This document shows positions 52,174 through 61,484 of a DNA stretch of 64,000 nucleotides, piece by piece; the stretch's first letter is position 1; each line of letters opens with the position of its first letter. The stretch covers positions 32,001-96,000 of the IMG/VR virus record IMGVR_UViG_3300008050_008852; one strand, 5' to 3'. Source of the DNA: a virus. Position numbers and translations under genes: made by a program. The notes below the pieces were generated by a model. The model was given only the letters and a program-made list of their open reading frames with translations. It searched no databases and was not told the origin of the DNA.

Positions 52174-52777
52174 AATCGATCTTTTAACAAGCTGGGCACC
52201 TTTTGAATATTCTATCGAAATGATAAAAGAGTCAAAAGAGCTAAACGATGGTAAAATAATAATGAAAGGTATTTTACAAAAATCTGACACATTAAACCAG
52301 AATGGTAGAATTTATCCAAAAGCTATTTTAGAGCGTGAGGTTAGAAACTATCAAAAGTTTATTAAAGAGCGCCGCAGTCTTGGTGAATGTGATCATCCAG
52401 ACAGTTCAGTTGTTGAACTTAAGAATGCATCTCATATAATAACCGAAGCCCATATGGACGGTGATATTTGCTATGGGACAGTTGAATTGTTATCAACACC
52501 ATCTGGTAAAATCTTACAATCACTTGTTGAATCTGGTATAACACTTGGCATTAGTTCTAGAGGCGTTGGCTCTACTGTTTCACAGGGAGCAAATCAAGTT
52601 GTTCAGGATGATTTTCAACTAATTTGTTGGGATTTTGTTAGTGAACCATCAACTCCTGGGGCATTTATGATGCGTGAAGGTGTGCAAATTGATACAAAAG
52701 ATTTAAATAAGGTGTTTAACGCATCCGATCGTGCATATAGAATATGTAATGATATTATTAACTGGGATAAACAATGA
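52166..52777 (+). CDS. Prohead maturation protease (T4 gp21-like)
   Basis: NQNGRIYP, LGECDHP, TPSGKIL, GISSRGVGS and DFVSEPSTPGA. Confidence 0.95.
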   Translation: MSKIDLLTSWAPFEYSIEMIKESKELNDGKIIMKGILQKSDTLNQNGRIYPKAILEREVRNYQKFIKERRSLGECDHPDSSVVELKNASHIITEAHMDGDICYGTVELLSTPSGKILQSLVESGITLGISSRGVGSTVSQGANQVVQDDFQLICWDFVSEPSTPGAFMMREGVQIDTKDLNKVFNASDRAYRICNDIINWDKQ

Positions 52778-53175
52778 GTTTCGAAAATACAAAACCAAGT
52801 GAAAAGTTTGTACCATCGTACCAACTATCTGGAAAACCTTATGCTGAAACAATAACTGCTTCAGACAGCGCCAACGGCACAGAGATAACATTTCCAGCAG
52901 TAACACGCTGGGTTCAAGTTGCAAATCTTGGTTCTACAGGTCAAGATGTTAAAATTGGCTTTTCTGCCCATGGTGTTGATGGAACAGAAGACGATTATTT
53001 TTATCAACTAGAGCCAGCAGCCGACGGCGGTGGCACGACTGGAAGATTGGAGCTTAGATGCAAAAGCCTGTTTATTCTATCAACTTCTGGAACACCCACC
53101 GTTTCAGTACTTGCTGGATTGACAGATATTGCTGACATGAGATCAGCATTAACAGGATCAGCCGGAGTAGGATAA
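52774..53175 (+). CDS. Small beta-rich virion protein, possibly head decoration
   Basis: 133 aa; YQLSGKPY...ITFPAVTRWVQVAN...LELRCKSLF; ends LTGSAGVG. Confidence 0.45.
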   Translation: MSFENTKPSEKFVPSYQLSGKPYAETITASDSANGTEITFPAVTRWVQVANLGSTGQDVKIGFSAHGVDGTEDDYFYQLEPAADGGGTTGRLELRCKSLFILSTSGTPTVSVLAGLTDIADMRSALTGSAGVG

Positions 53176-53624
53176 TGGCAAAAGTATCAAGGAACATGCT
53201 AAAAAGTTTGGTTAAAGAGTGTTTAGTTGAGATATTAAGTGAAGGCTTATCAACTCTTCCAAATGATTTAGTTGAGTCAAGACAGCCAAGCAGATCTAGA
53301 AAAACAAAGAAAGCTGTTTCTAGACGGGTTGCTCCTGATTTAGTTTCATATGGAAAAAATTCAGCATCTGATAATAAGGTACTGGAAAATAGAATTAGGT
53401 CTGCAGCCGGAAGCAACACCGTAATGCAGGATATTTTAAGAGATACTGCACAAAATACATTACCAAATATGATTTCTGCTGAATCACGTCATACTTCTGG
53501 TTTAGCAGAGCGTGTCACTAGAGGTGATGCCGCCACAAAGGTTATGGCTGATGCCGATCCTATGGATATTTTTGAAGGTGCATCAAATTGGGCTACAATG
53601 GCATTTGCAGACAAAACAAAGTAG
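53175..53624 (+). CDS. Hypothetical prohead-core-like protein
   Basis: N-terminal LKSLVKECLVEILSEG with LxE motifs; head-module context. Confidence 0.5.
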   Translation: MAKVSRNMLKSLVKECLVEILSEGLSTLPNDLVESRQPSRSRKTKKAVSRRVAPDLVSYGKNSASDNKVLENRIRSAAGSNTVMQDILRDTAQNTLPNMISAESRHTSGLAERVTRGDAATKVMADADPMDIFEGASNWATMAFADKTK

Positions 53625-53688
53625 ATATATTTAGATAAAAATTAAAATTTTTGATATTTAATTTTGAACATAACTAACGGAGAATATT

Positions 53689-53952
53689 ATGTCACGTAAA
53701 ATTAGAAAATTAACCCCATCCGTTTTACGGAAAATTGTTTTGCAAGAAACACTTTCTGGGCAAGTTGAACCAGTTGAAAAAGTAAAAGCTGTCGAGCTCG
53801 ATGCCGATGAGTATGGTACATCTGCTTCACTTGAAAAAGATATTGATCATGCTAAAGTCTTAAAGCTTGAAGAGCGTCGACTTAAGAGAAGAATTAGAAA
53901 AATTCAGGAAATGCGTCGAAGAATGCACATTAAAATCTTGAAGGGACTATAA
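53689..53952 (+). CDS. Small head-module protein with a basic C-terminus
   Basis: 87 aa; LTPSVLRKIVLQE and ERRLKRRIRKIQEMRRR; GGAG RBS. Confidence 0.6.
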   Translation: MSRKIRKLTPSVLRKIVLQETLSGQVEPVEKVKAVELDADEYGTSASLEKDIDHAKVLKLEERRLKRRIRKIQEMRRRMHIKILKGL

Positions 53953-53953
53953 A

Positions 53954-54436
53954 ATGGGTGCCAAACAAGACACTACATTAACAGGCGAAAGCGCCAGTGC
54001 TCTTGGTAAGCGTGACACTGAACGTCTTAAGGCTGCATATGCTTCTTCTCCACTTTATACTAGTGTTCCAGATGAATTACTTGAAGATGGTACTTTAAGC
54101 TCAAAAATGCGCGAATGGTATCAAACAAATGTTCTTGATGGTACACAAAACGGCAATACACTTACAGGCGCCGTAGATATGGACTATGGTACTGCTACAG
54201 ATGTAGATGACGTTGCAACTGGTGGCGAAGGTAAACCAGCTGGTCCTCGTGTTCCAACTACTGCTTCTCCAGGTGAAGGAAATGGATCTAATCCAGCTTC
54301 ACAACCAGAAGTAGATCCGGTTACAGGTCATAACGGCGATCTTGGCTCAATTGAAGATCCAGCAGGTTCATCTCCAACCCAAGGCGGCTTTAATCTAACA
54401 AACTTACCAACAGTTGGTACTTCTAACGGGAGTTAA
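53954..54436 (+). CDS. Low-complexity protein, paralog 1 of 3
   Basis: LKAAYASSP...WYQTNVLDG...VDMDYGT...GGEGKPAGPRVP. Confidence 0.65.
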   Translation: MGAKQDTTLTGESASALGKRDTERLKAAYASSPLYTSVPDELLEDGTLSSKMREWYQTNVLDGTQNGNTLTGAVDMDYGTATDVDDVATGGEGKPAGPRVPTTASPGEGNGSNPASQPEVDPVTGHNGDLGSIEDPAGSSPTQGGFNLTNLPTVGTSNGS

Positions 54437-54438
54437 AA

Positions 54439-54963
54439 ATGCCGACATCTTCACAAGGTACAATAGCCGCCCTCCCCGGTGGGGAATATGGTACTGGAAC
54501 CAGATCCAAAGGTTCGTCAGACTCAGCTTCCCTCGCCAAGGCCTATCCAAATTCACCAATCAATCTCAGGGGTGAGGATATGACAGCTTGTTCTATACAA
54601 AGGGGCGACGGCGATGGAACTTTAAAGGGTTGGTATCAAGCAAATGTTCTTGATGGTGTAGAAGAAAACAACACCGGTACTGGTACCGTAGATATGAATT
54701 ATGGTACGTCCGACGACACAGCTGCTGATCTTCAACCACCAGACTTAGAAGCAGACCTTACTGATACTGAAGGTACCGCCGTTAATTCTTACGTTCCAGA
54801 CGTATCCGCAGAAGCTGCAACCGGTGTTTATCCAGGTTCTGATCGTGTCGCACCAATTCCAACATCTCCATCAGCCACTTCAATAACTATGTCTAAACAA
54901 GATATTTCTAACCTTCCAATTAAAGGTAAATCTGAAGTACCAGTTGAAACCTCGTCGTCGTAG
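54439..54963 (+). CDS. Low-complexity protein, paralog 2 of 3
   Basis: LAKAYPNSP...WYQANVLDG...VDMNYGT. Confidence 0.65.
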   Translation: MPTSSQGTIAALPGGEYGTGTRSKGSSDSASLAKAYPNSPINLRGEDMTACSIQRGDGDGTLKGWYQANVLDGVEENNTGTGTVDMNYGTSDDTAADLQPPDLEADLTDTEGTAVNSYVPDVSAEAATGVYPGSDRVAPIPTSPSATSITMSKQDISNLPIKGKSEVPVETSSS

Positions 54964-54973
54964 GAATTAATAG

Positions 54974-55498
54974 ATGGCGTCAAACAAGCAACAAACAACT
55001 GAGGTTATTAAGGTTACATCCTTTTCCACAGGTCAGGCTAATCCAACCCACCCGGGTTTTCAACAAACATCTGTTGAACTTCCAAAAAGTGATGAAATTT
55101 GGGGCGACTATTTTAATGGTGTCCTTCGCGGCAGCACAGATGGGTATGATGGTTCCGATGTCACTAGTAGAACATTTTCTGAAACTAATTCTGCAGGTGA
55201 AGGTCCACCAAGAATTACAATAACCCAACCCGCTGAATGGCCTGAAAAAGGCGGCGCCGGTGAAGGAGGGAATCCCGCCGGCGGTTTTGTGCCCGCCATT
55301 GGATCTGCCAAAGATGGAGAGGTCTCAAGCATTAAAGCTGTTAGTGATTTTATTGAAAGTATGAAGGATTGTGGACATGGCCTTCAAGGCCATGGTAGTC
55401 TTCAAAATCCAAGAGATTCCTCTGATAAACAGCCAACAAGCTCTATTGTTGCTGATGGCATATCTCCAAGTTATGAACTTGGTAAGTACTCAAGTTAA
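54974..55498 (+). CDS. Low-complexity protein, diverged paralog 3
   Basis: YFNGVLRG...GEGGNPAGGFVP matches motifs in paralog 1. Confidence 0.55.
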   Translation: MASNKQQTTEVIKVTSFSTGQANPTHPGFQQTSVELPKSDEIWGDYFNGVLRGSTDGYDGSDVTSRTFSETNSAGEGPPRITITQPAEWPEKGGAGEGGNPAGGFVPAIGSAKDGEVSSIKAVSDFIESMKDCGHGLQGHGSLQNPRDSSDKQPTSSIVADGISPSYELGKYSS

Positions 55499-55516
55499 GC
55501 GACTGTTTATAAACTT

Positions 55517-56077
55517 ATGTCAAATATTACTAAATTTTATAATTTATCATTATTAGAATATTTTCAACATAGTCGTTCATTTTTACAATATCCAGAACCT
55601 CCAATCCATGATCTAGAGGCTGAAGAAGCTATAGATGATGAAACCTATGGTGCAATACTGAAAAGGCTCCTTACATATTCTAGAAATGATTCGTTATCAA
55701 AATTATCAACGGATCCTTTTTACTTTGCTGGTGCTGCCACTAAATTATCTGAAACAACCGCTAAAGGTATGGTTCCATTTCCAAGAATGTATAATAAGCG
55801 AACTGCAATTGCAGGAGGGACATCTTCCAAGTATCCTTTGGGACCCACTATTGGGTTCTCATCTCGCACAAAACCAACTGGTACAAAGCATGGTTATTCA
55901 AAAGCACCCTATCCAGATGTAGATTTAGAAAATAATAATGATTATTATAGTGTTAGCGACATAATTAATCAAGATTTAGATGATAATCATGTCGATTTAA
56001 TAAGGAAAATGGTAAATTTAATCCATTTAGAACAAGAACAACAGAAAGTTAGCGAGCAAGGTAATAATTACAAATGA
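55517..56077 (+). CDS. Hypothetical head-module protein
   Basis: 186-aa ORF between the paralog trio and the scaffold gene. Confidence 0.55.
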   Translation: MSNITKFYNLSLLEYFQHSRSFLQYPEPPIHDLEAEEAIDDETYGAILKRLLTYSRNDSLSKLSTDPFYFAGAATKLSETTAKGMVPFPRMYNKRTAIAGGTSSKYPLGPTIGFSSRTKPTGTKHGYSKAPYPDVDLENNNDYYSVSDIINQDLDDNHVDLIRKMVNLIHLEQEQQKVSEQGNNYK

Positions 56078-56095
56078 TTCATTATAGGAAGACAT

Positions 56096-57781
56096 ATGAG
56101 CTCTAATTTATATAAGGAAGCCCTCTTTGAAGTCGATGAACTAAAAAGAATGGCAGAAGAAAATGCTAAAAATAAAATTATTGAAGCAGTAACACCTAAG
56201 ATTCGTCATATGATTGAAGCTCAATTGCTTGGCGAAAAGAAAATTGATGATTTAGATAATTTTGACGATGATTCTTTAGAAGATGATGAATCTTCTGGCG
56301 AATTGGCAATTGGTTCAGATGATCTTGAATTAGATATGTCAGCAGATCTTATTGATTCAATTCCAGAACCAGTAACAAGTCAAGTAGTTGATATACCATC
56401 CGCACCAGCTGTCGATGCAGCGCCTGAAGCAGCACCAAGAATAAAAATTGATGTACAAGGTGATCTTAATATTGATATGGAAGCCGAGGAAGCTGAAACT
56501 GAAGACGATTTAATTTTAGGTCGCCAAATTGGTGATGTTGTTGAAGGTTATATATTAGGAAAGAGGCAGCCAGCCATTAGAATTAAAGAATTGGCTAGAA
56601 AGACTGCTGTACTTTCAAGGATGTTTGAAACAACTAGTATTAAAAATGCTAGTCCAACACAAAAGAAAATTGCGTTGCTATATTATGCAAAGCTTTTAGA
56701 CGAAGCCGTTAGTTTGGTAACTAGCGGTATAATTATTGAGGAGTCTGTTGGTTCAGGCCTCTTGGGCCAGCTTAAAACAACTATAAAGGAGATAAGGCAC
56801 ATGGCAAATAGAAAAGATGCTGTAGCATTTCGGAGGCTTCTCGAGGAACTTGAGGCAGATGATAGTTTACAGGAAATGATGAGAGAAGAAGATGAGGATG
56901 TCGTAGTTGACGAACCTGATGAAGATGTCGAGCTCGATGATACAGCTGAAGAGGACGTTGATGTCCCAGCAGCTCAAGATGCTCTTGGTGATCTTGCCGT
57001 TGCACTTGGAATGGATCTTGATGACGATGTTCCTGCAGAGGACGAAGAGGTTGTTGATGTAGAAGCATCTGAGGAACCTTTAGAACTCGGCGAGGCTGAT
57101 GAGGTTCTTGAAATTGATGAGTCAATGCTTCGTAGAGAAATTCTTCGTATGAAGGAAGGCCTTGAGGCTGAAGAGGGTGACCCTACTGTTGATGAGTCAG
57201 AAGTTGGTGACCCACTCGACGCCCAGGAAGATTTCGGTGGTTCTGATGAAGTTATCGAAGTTTCTGAGGAAGATCTTGTTGAAGCCCTTCGCTTAGAGAT
57301 TGGACGCGCTCGCCGTGGCCGTCGTTCTGCCCCCCGTCGTCGTAGAGTTACAGAAACTCGCCGTAGACGAGCCCGTAGATCAGCTCGTAAGTCAGCACCT
57401 CGTCGTACACATGCAACTGCAGGTACTACACATAAATTAAATGAAGCAAACAAAAGGCTTCGTAATCAATTAAATGAAATGAATGTTTTTAATGCAAAAT
57501 TGCTTTTTGCAAATAAGCTCATGCAAAATCGTGAACTAACCAGAAAGCAACAACGCACCATAGTCGAGGCTTTAGATAGTGCCAAGACAGTAAATGAGGC
57601 AAAGCTCCTTTATAAGAGTCTTTCTACTTCATTAACACAGGGCGGTACTCTTACAGAAAGTAAGAACCGTCTGCTCGCATCATCCTCAAGATCAACTCGG
57701 TCGGCATCCCCGGCATCAAATGGAGTTGATGGTGATAGGTGGGCTCTTCTTGCTGGATTATCTGGCAAGAATAACCAATAA
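56096..57781 (+). CDS. Prohead scaffolding/core protein (gp22-like role)
   Basis: Directly upstream of the capsid gene; highly acidic; N-terminal LYKEAL...AEENAKNKIIEAVTPKI; C-terminal LNEMNVFNAKLLFANKL...EAKLLYKSL...RWALLAGL. Confidence 0.75.
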   Translation: MSSNLYKEALFEVDELKRMAEENAKNKIIEAVTPKIRHMIEAQLLGEKKIDDLDNFDDDSLEDDESSGELAIGSDDLELDMSADLIDSIPEPVTSQVVDIPSAPAVDAAPEAAPRIKIDVQGDLNIDMEAEEAETEDDLILGRQIGDVVEGYILGKRQPAIRIKELARKTAVLSRMFETTSIKNASPTQKKIALLYYAKLLDEAVSLVTSGIIIEESVGSGLLGQLKTTIKEIRHMANRKDAVAFRRLLEELEADDSLQEMMREEDEDVVVDEPDEDVELDDTAEEDVDVPAAQDALGDLAVALGMDLDDDVPAEDEEVVDVEASEEPLELGEADEVLEIDESMLRREILRMKEGLEAEEGDPTVDESEVGDPLDAQEDFGGSDEVIEVSEEDLVEALRLEIGRARRGRRSAPRRRRVTETRRRRARRSARKSAPRRTHATAGTTHKLNEANKRLRNQLNEMNVFNAKLLFANKLMQNRELTRKQQRTIVEALDSAKTVNEAKLLYKSLSTSLTQGGTLTESKNRLLASSSRSTRSASPASNGVDGDRWALLAGLSGKNNQ

Positions 57782-57813
57782 CCCCCAAACTTCAAACTAA
57801 GGAGAAAATCAAA

Positions 57814-59754
57814 ATGTCGAAGTTTTCATTAGATCAGTTGACGGAGGGTATTCGCCAGAGACATCTGGGCACCCAAAACCGTCAATTAGTAGAGAAGTGG
57901 TCAAGAACAGGACTACTTCGCGGCCTTAAAGGTCAAAACCGGGAAATTATGTCAACACTGCTTGAGAATCAGGCAGCACAAGTTCTTCGTGAGCAGTCTT
58001 CACTCGGTACAGGAGCTGGTTCAACCGCCTCCTCCGGTGATGCTACTGGTTTCCAGAACGTTGCATTCCCAATCGTCCGTCGAGTATTCGGAGGCCTTGT
58101 TGCCAATGATCTCGTTTCAATCCAGCCGATGAGCTTACCTTCTGGTCTGCTTTTCTATCTAGATTACACATATGGCACACCAGTTGGTGGTGTTGCAGGA
58201 AACACAGCACAGTATAACTCAGGTTCATCAATCTATGGTTCCCCTGCCGGTTCTAACGTCCGTAAGGGTGCAGACGGTATTGGTGGACAATATGATCTAG
58301 CTGGTTCTGGTTACTCACGTGTATATAAAACCGCCGCTCTTACTGTTAGTGCAGGTGCCCAGGATATTATAGCCTCAGGCTCATGGTCAGGTGGTTCATC
58401 CATAACCGCCATGGACAATGCGGTCGCGATGCATGCTACTGGTACAGATGGTAAATTGCTTATGTTCGATCCTGAGATTACATCTGCTATTGAGGGTCTC
58501 GCTGGTGATGATCCTGGTAAAGGTGAGACAAAGGCTTCATATTATGCATTGTTTATTGATGCAAGATGCCTATCTGGATCATCTACCTCCGGTGTTCAGG
58601 CTGTAGATCCAACCATGATCAAGAACATTGCACTGCAAGATACTGATGATTATGATATCGCGGTTGGCCATCGTGTCATCCCGTCCACTATTCAATCCGA
58701 TGTTGGTGTACTAAATGTACGTCGTCTTAATGAGCTTGGAACATGGTCTAGTGGTGTCTTCACCGCTGATCCGCTTGCCGACGTTACCACTGCTGGTACT
58801 GTTGTTAAGATGATTGTTTCTGGTACAAACGGCGGCGCCGCCAATGGTGTTGAGGGTGGAACTGCTGTTGCATACTCAACCTTATCTGTCTCATTCCCTA
58901 TTGCTGACCGTCGTATTGCTGGTGATTCTGGTGATTCACTTGTTGTTCCATCGTTTGAGTCAGACTTCGGTTCTACTCCATCCCCGGAGATTCCAGAAAT
59001 CGATATCAAAGTACAGTCAGTTGCAGTTACTGCTCAGTCCCGTAAGCTTCGTGCTCGCTGGTCTCCAGAACTTGCACAGGACCTTAACGCTTATCACAGC
59101 CTTGACGCTGAGGTTGAGCTCACCCAGATTCTTTCTGAGCAAATCGCTCTAGAGATTGATCGTGAGATTCTCAATGACCTTGTAACTCAAGCAGATACTC
59201 GTTTTTACTGGTCACGCTCACCTGGCGATTTCGTCAACAAGCGTACTGGCGCTGCTGATGCTTCTGGTGCTTCATTCACCGGTACCGTCCGCGAATGGTA
59301 TGAGACTCTTATCGAGACCATCATTGATGTTGGTAACGAGATTCACCGCAAGACTCTTCGTGGTTCTGCAAACTTCATCGTGGTTTCACCTGAAGTTGCT
59401 ACAATCCTCGAAGCTTCAGTGATGTATCGTCCATCATACAGTCTAGATAGTGACGGACAAGTTCAGTCACCGTTTAGTATTGGTGCAGAATCTGTTGGTA
59501 CATTGAGTAATCGTTTCACCGTCTATAAGGACCCATACTTCCCACGTAACCAGATTCTAGTTGGCTATAAGGGTGGTTCATACCTTGAGACTGGTTATGT
59601 ATATGCTCCATATGTTCCACTTATTGTTACCCCAACAATCTTTGCCCCTGAGGACTTCACTCCTCGTAAGGGTGTAATGACTCGTTATGGTAAGAAGATG
59701 GTTCGTAACGACTTCTACGGAACAGTTACTTGCATGAACATGAACATTATCTAG
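57814..59754 (+). CDS. Major capsid protein (T4 gp23-like) with a large insertion
   Basis: LVEKW, AFPIVRRVF, VSIQPMSLPSGLLFYLD, AQSRKLRARWSPELAQDLNAYHSLDAEVEL, EIDREIL, GYVYAPYVPL, FTPRKGVMTRYG. Confidence 0.97.
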   Translation: MSKFSLDQLTEGIRQRHLGTQNRQLVEKWSRTGLLRGLKGQNREIMSTLLENQAAQVLREQSSLGTGAGSTASSGDATGFQNVAFPIVRRVFGGLVANDLVSIQPMSLPSGLLFYLDYTYGTPVGGVAGNTAQYNSGSSIYGSPAGSNVRKGADGIGGQYDLAGSGYSRVYKTAALTVSAGAQDIIASGSWSGGSSITAMDNAVAMHATGTDGKLLMFDPEITSAIEGLAGDDPGKGETKASYYALFIDARCLSGSSTSGVQAVDPTMIKNIALQDTDDYDIAVGHRVIPSTIQSDVGVLNVRRLNELGTWSSGVFTADPLADVTTAGTVVKMIVSGTNGGAANGVEGGTAVAYSTLSVSFPIADRRIAGDSGDSLVVPSFESDFGSTPSPEIPEIDIKVQSVAVTAQSRKLRARWSPELAQDLNAYHSLDAEVELTQILSEQIALEIDREILNDLVTQADTRFYWSRSPGDFVNKRTGAADASGASFTGTVREWYETLIETIIDVGNEIHRKTLRGSANFIVVSPEVATILEASVMYRPSYSLDSDGQVQSPFSIGAESVGTLSNRFTVYKDPYFPRNQILVGYKGGSYLETGYVYAPYVPLIVTPTIFAPEDFTPRKGVMTRYGKKMVRNDFYGTVTCMNMNII

Positions 59755-59775
59755 TAGAATAAAGTTCAATATTCT

Positions 59776-59809
59776 AGGAGGCCTCTTTAAACAGAGGCCT
59801 CCTTTTTTT
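59776..59809 (+). terminator. Intrinsic terminator after the capsid gene
   Basis: AGGAGGCCTCT-TTAAAC-AGAGGCCTCCT followed by a T-run. Confidence 0.93.
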
Positions 59810-59912
59810 ATTTCATAACCGTATTAAGCAGTATATATAATGTTGTAAAGTGATATAATAATTTTGTATTGAACTCTTCACACAAGAAAATGGTAAAAAC
59901 CGCTTTAGCGAT

Positions 59913-59919
59913 ATATTTA
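59913..59919 (+). promoter_or_regulatory. Putative late promoter motif ATAnTTA (representative copy)
   Basis: Also found shortly upstream of starts at 2520, 25207, 28776, 36093, 37864, 49399, 53627/53654, 56064, 60292 and 63428. Confidence 0.55.
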
Positions 59920-59944
59920 TAAAGGTCAAACAGGAGAACATATA

Positions 59945-60187
59945 ATGGCATTAACATCAAAAGCATCGACATCAGTATCAGCAGATACTCATTCTCATGC
60001 TGATCTTGAGAAACAATTAGCGAAAATGCAAAACGATCTTGACACACTTACTCAAAGATGTGCTTCACTTGAATCAAAACTTGCTTCAAGGCCAGCAACA
60101 TCATCACCTTCTGGTGATTTTGTAACAACTCAAGCTTGGGGTATATGGAGAAAGAAGGTTGCAAAGAAACTTGGTATGCGACTTTAA
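59945..60187 (+). CDS. Small coiled-coil hypothetical protein
   Basis: 80 aa; AGGAG RBS, upstream ATATTTA and a downstream terminator, so probably a monocistronic unit. Confidence 0.7.
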   Translation: MALTSKASTSVSADTHSHADLEKQLAKMQNDLDTLTQRCASLESKLASRPATSSPSGDFVTTQAWGIWRKKVAKKLGMRL

Positions 60188-60213
60188 TCGTTAATTTTTC
60201 ATTAGATGATTTT

Positions 60214-60263
60214 AGGTTCTCTTGTGTACGGTTCACACACCAAAGCACAAGAGAACCTTTTTT
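60214..60263 (+). terminator. Long-stem terminator-like hairpin
   Basis: AGGTTCTCTTGTG (60214-26) pairs perfectly with CACAAGAGAACCT (60246-58); 19-nt loop; T-run follows. Confidence 0.75.
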
Positions 60264-60316
60264 GTATAAAGTAATGAGCGTTTTTTCTGTAATAGTTAAT
60301 CAATGGAGCGAGGACC

Positions 60317-61483
60317 ATGTCAACATTTGTAAGCACATTTAGACCAACACCATTTGGTTTTTTTGATGACGATATCACATTTCAGGCTGATGCTGATAAA
60401 ATTATACCTTATATTAAGCGTAAACTTGGTGATGACATTTTAAGTGTTGAATTGACAAAGAAACAAATGTGGGCATGTTTTGAAGAGGCAACATTAATAT
60501 ATGGTGCCGAAGTCAATGAATATCAGACTAAATCACAATTATCTAATTTGATGGGTATCTCTACAGGTTCAAACATAGAAGGGAAATATGCACACGAAAC
60601 GCTTGATTTTGTTTTACGACTTGCAGAACCATACGCCCAAGAAGCCGGAATCGGCGGTTCATATAATACAATGTCTGGTTCAATTGATTTAAAGGCTGGT
60701 GTCCAAGATTATGATATATATGACAAGTTAGAAGACGCGTCAGGTAATTTATTGTTTTCATCAAGCTTGAATTCAGATGCCCCAACCCGTATGAAAATAA
60801 TGGAGGTAATGCATCATTCTCCTCAAGCAGCATATAGATTTTTTGATACAACATCTGCAATCAATTATTTAAATAATGAATTTTCGTTTGAATCATTTAC
60901 ACCAGAAACAGTTTTCTATGTTTTACCAGTGTTCGAAGACATTCTTAGAGCAGGTCAGATGGATTTATCCAATCGAGTCCGCCGTTCAAATTATTCATAC
61001 ACCACTCAGGGCACAAAAATAAGGATATATCCAACACCAACAAGTGACACAACCAACAAGTTGTGGTTAAGGGTAGGCTTTTCAGCCGATCCTTTTTCAC
61101 CAGCATATAAAGATGCAACAATTGATGGTGTTAGTTCATTTGCAAATATACCTTATGGATTTTTAAAATATGAGACATTTAATAGTATGGCCCGGACATG
61201 GATATATCGTCTTTCGCTAGCTCTTGCAAAAGAATTACTTGGTCTTGTTAGATCTAAATTTTCACAGGTACCAATTCCTGGAAATTCATTACAATTAAAT
61301 GGTACTGATTTAATATCACAAGGTAGAGAAGATCAAACAAAATTAAAAGAAGAAATGATGGCTCTTTTAGATTCATTAACATATGAAAAAATGCTTGAAG
61401 GCGATGCAGCGAAGGCAGAAAGCTTACAGAAATTGTTAAAGACAATTCCAATACCTATGGGTAAGGCAATTATAATAGGTTAA
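60317..61483 (+). CDS. Neck/head-tail adaptor protein (T4 gp13-like)
   Basis: YIKRKLGDDILSVELT...FEEA; WIYRLSLALAKELLGLVRSKFSQVPIPG..LQLNG.DLISQG. Confidence 0.85.
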   Translation: MSTFVSTFRPTPFGFFDDDITFQADADKIIPYIKRKLGDDILSVELTKKQMWACFEEATLIYGAEVNEYQTKSQLSNLMGISTGSNIEGKYAHETLDFVLRLAEPYAQEAGIGGSYNTMSGSIDLKAGVQDYDIYDKLEDASGNLLFSSSLNSDAPTRMKIMEVMHHSPQAAYRFFDTTSAINYLNNEFSFESFTPETVFYVLPVFEDILRAGQMDLSNRVRRSNYSYTTQGTKIRIYPTPTSDTTNKLWLRVGFSADPFSPAYKDATIDGVSSFANIPYGFLKYETFNSMARTWIYRLSLALAKELLGLVRSKFSQVPIPGNSLQLNGTDLISQGREDQTKLKEEMMALLDSLTYEKMLEGDAAKAESLQKLLKTIPIPMGKAIIIG

Positions 61484-61484
61484 T

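Noticed and set aside
56781-57453. Minus-strand ORFs of 114 and 159 aa
   Set aside because: Antisense to the low-complexity scaffold gene; their openness is explained by its biased codons.
59810-60316. tRNA or other known ncRNA in the intergenic gaps
   Set aside because: No cloverleaf or T-loop consensus in a valid context; the hairpins are explained as terminators.
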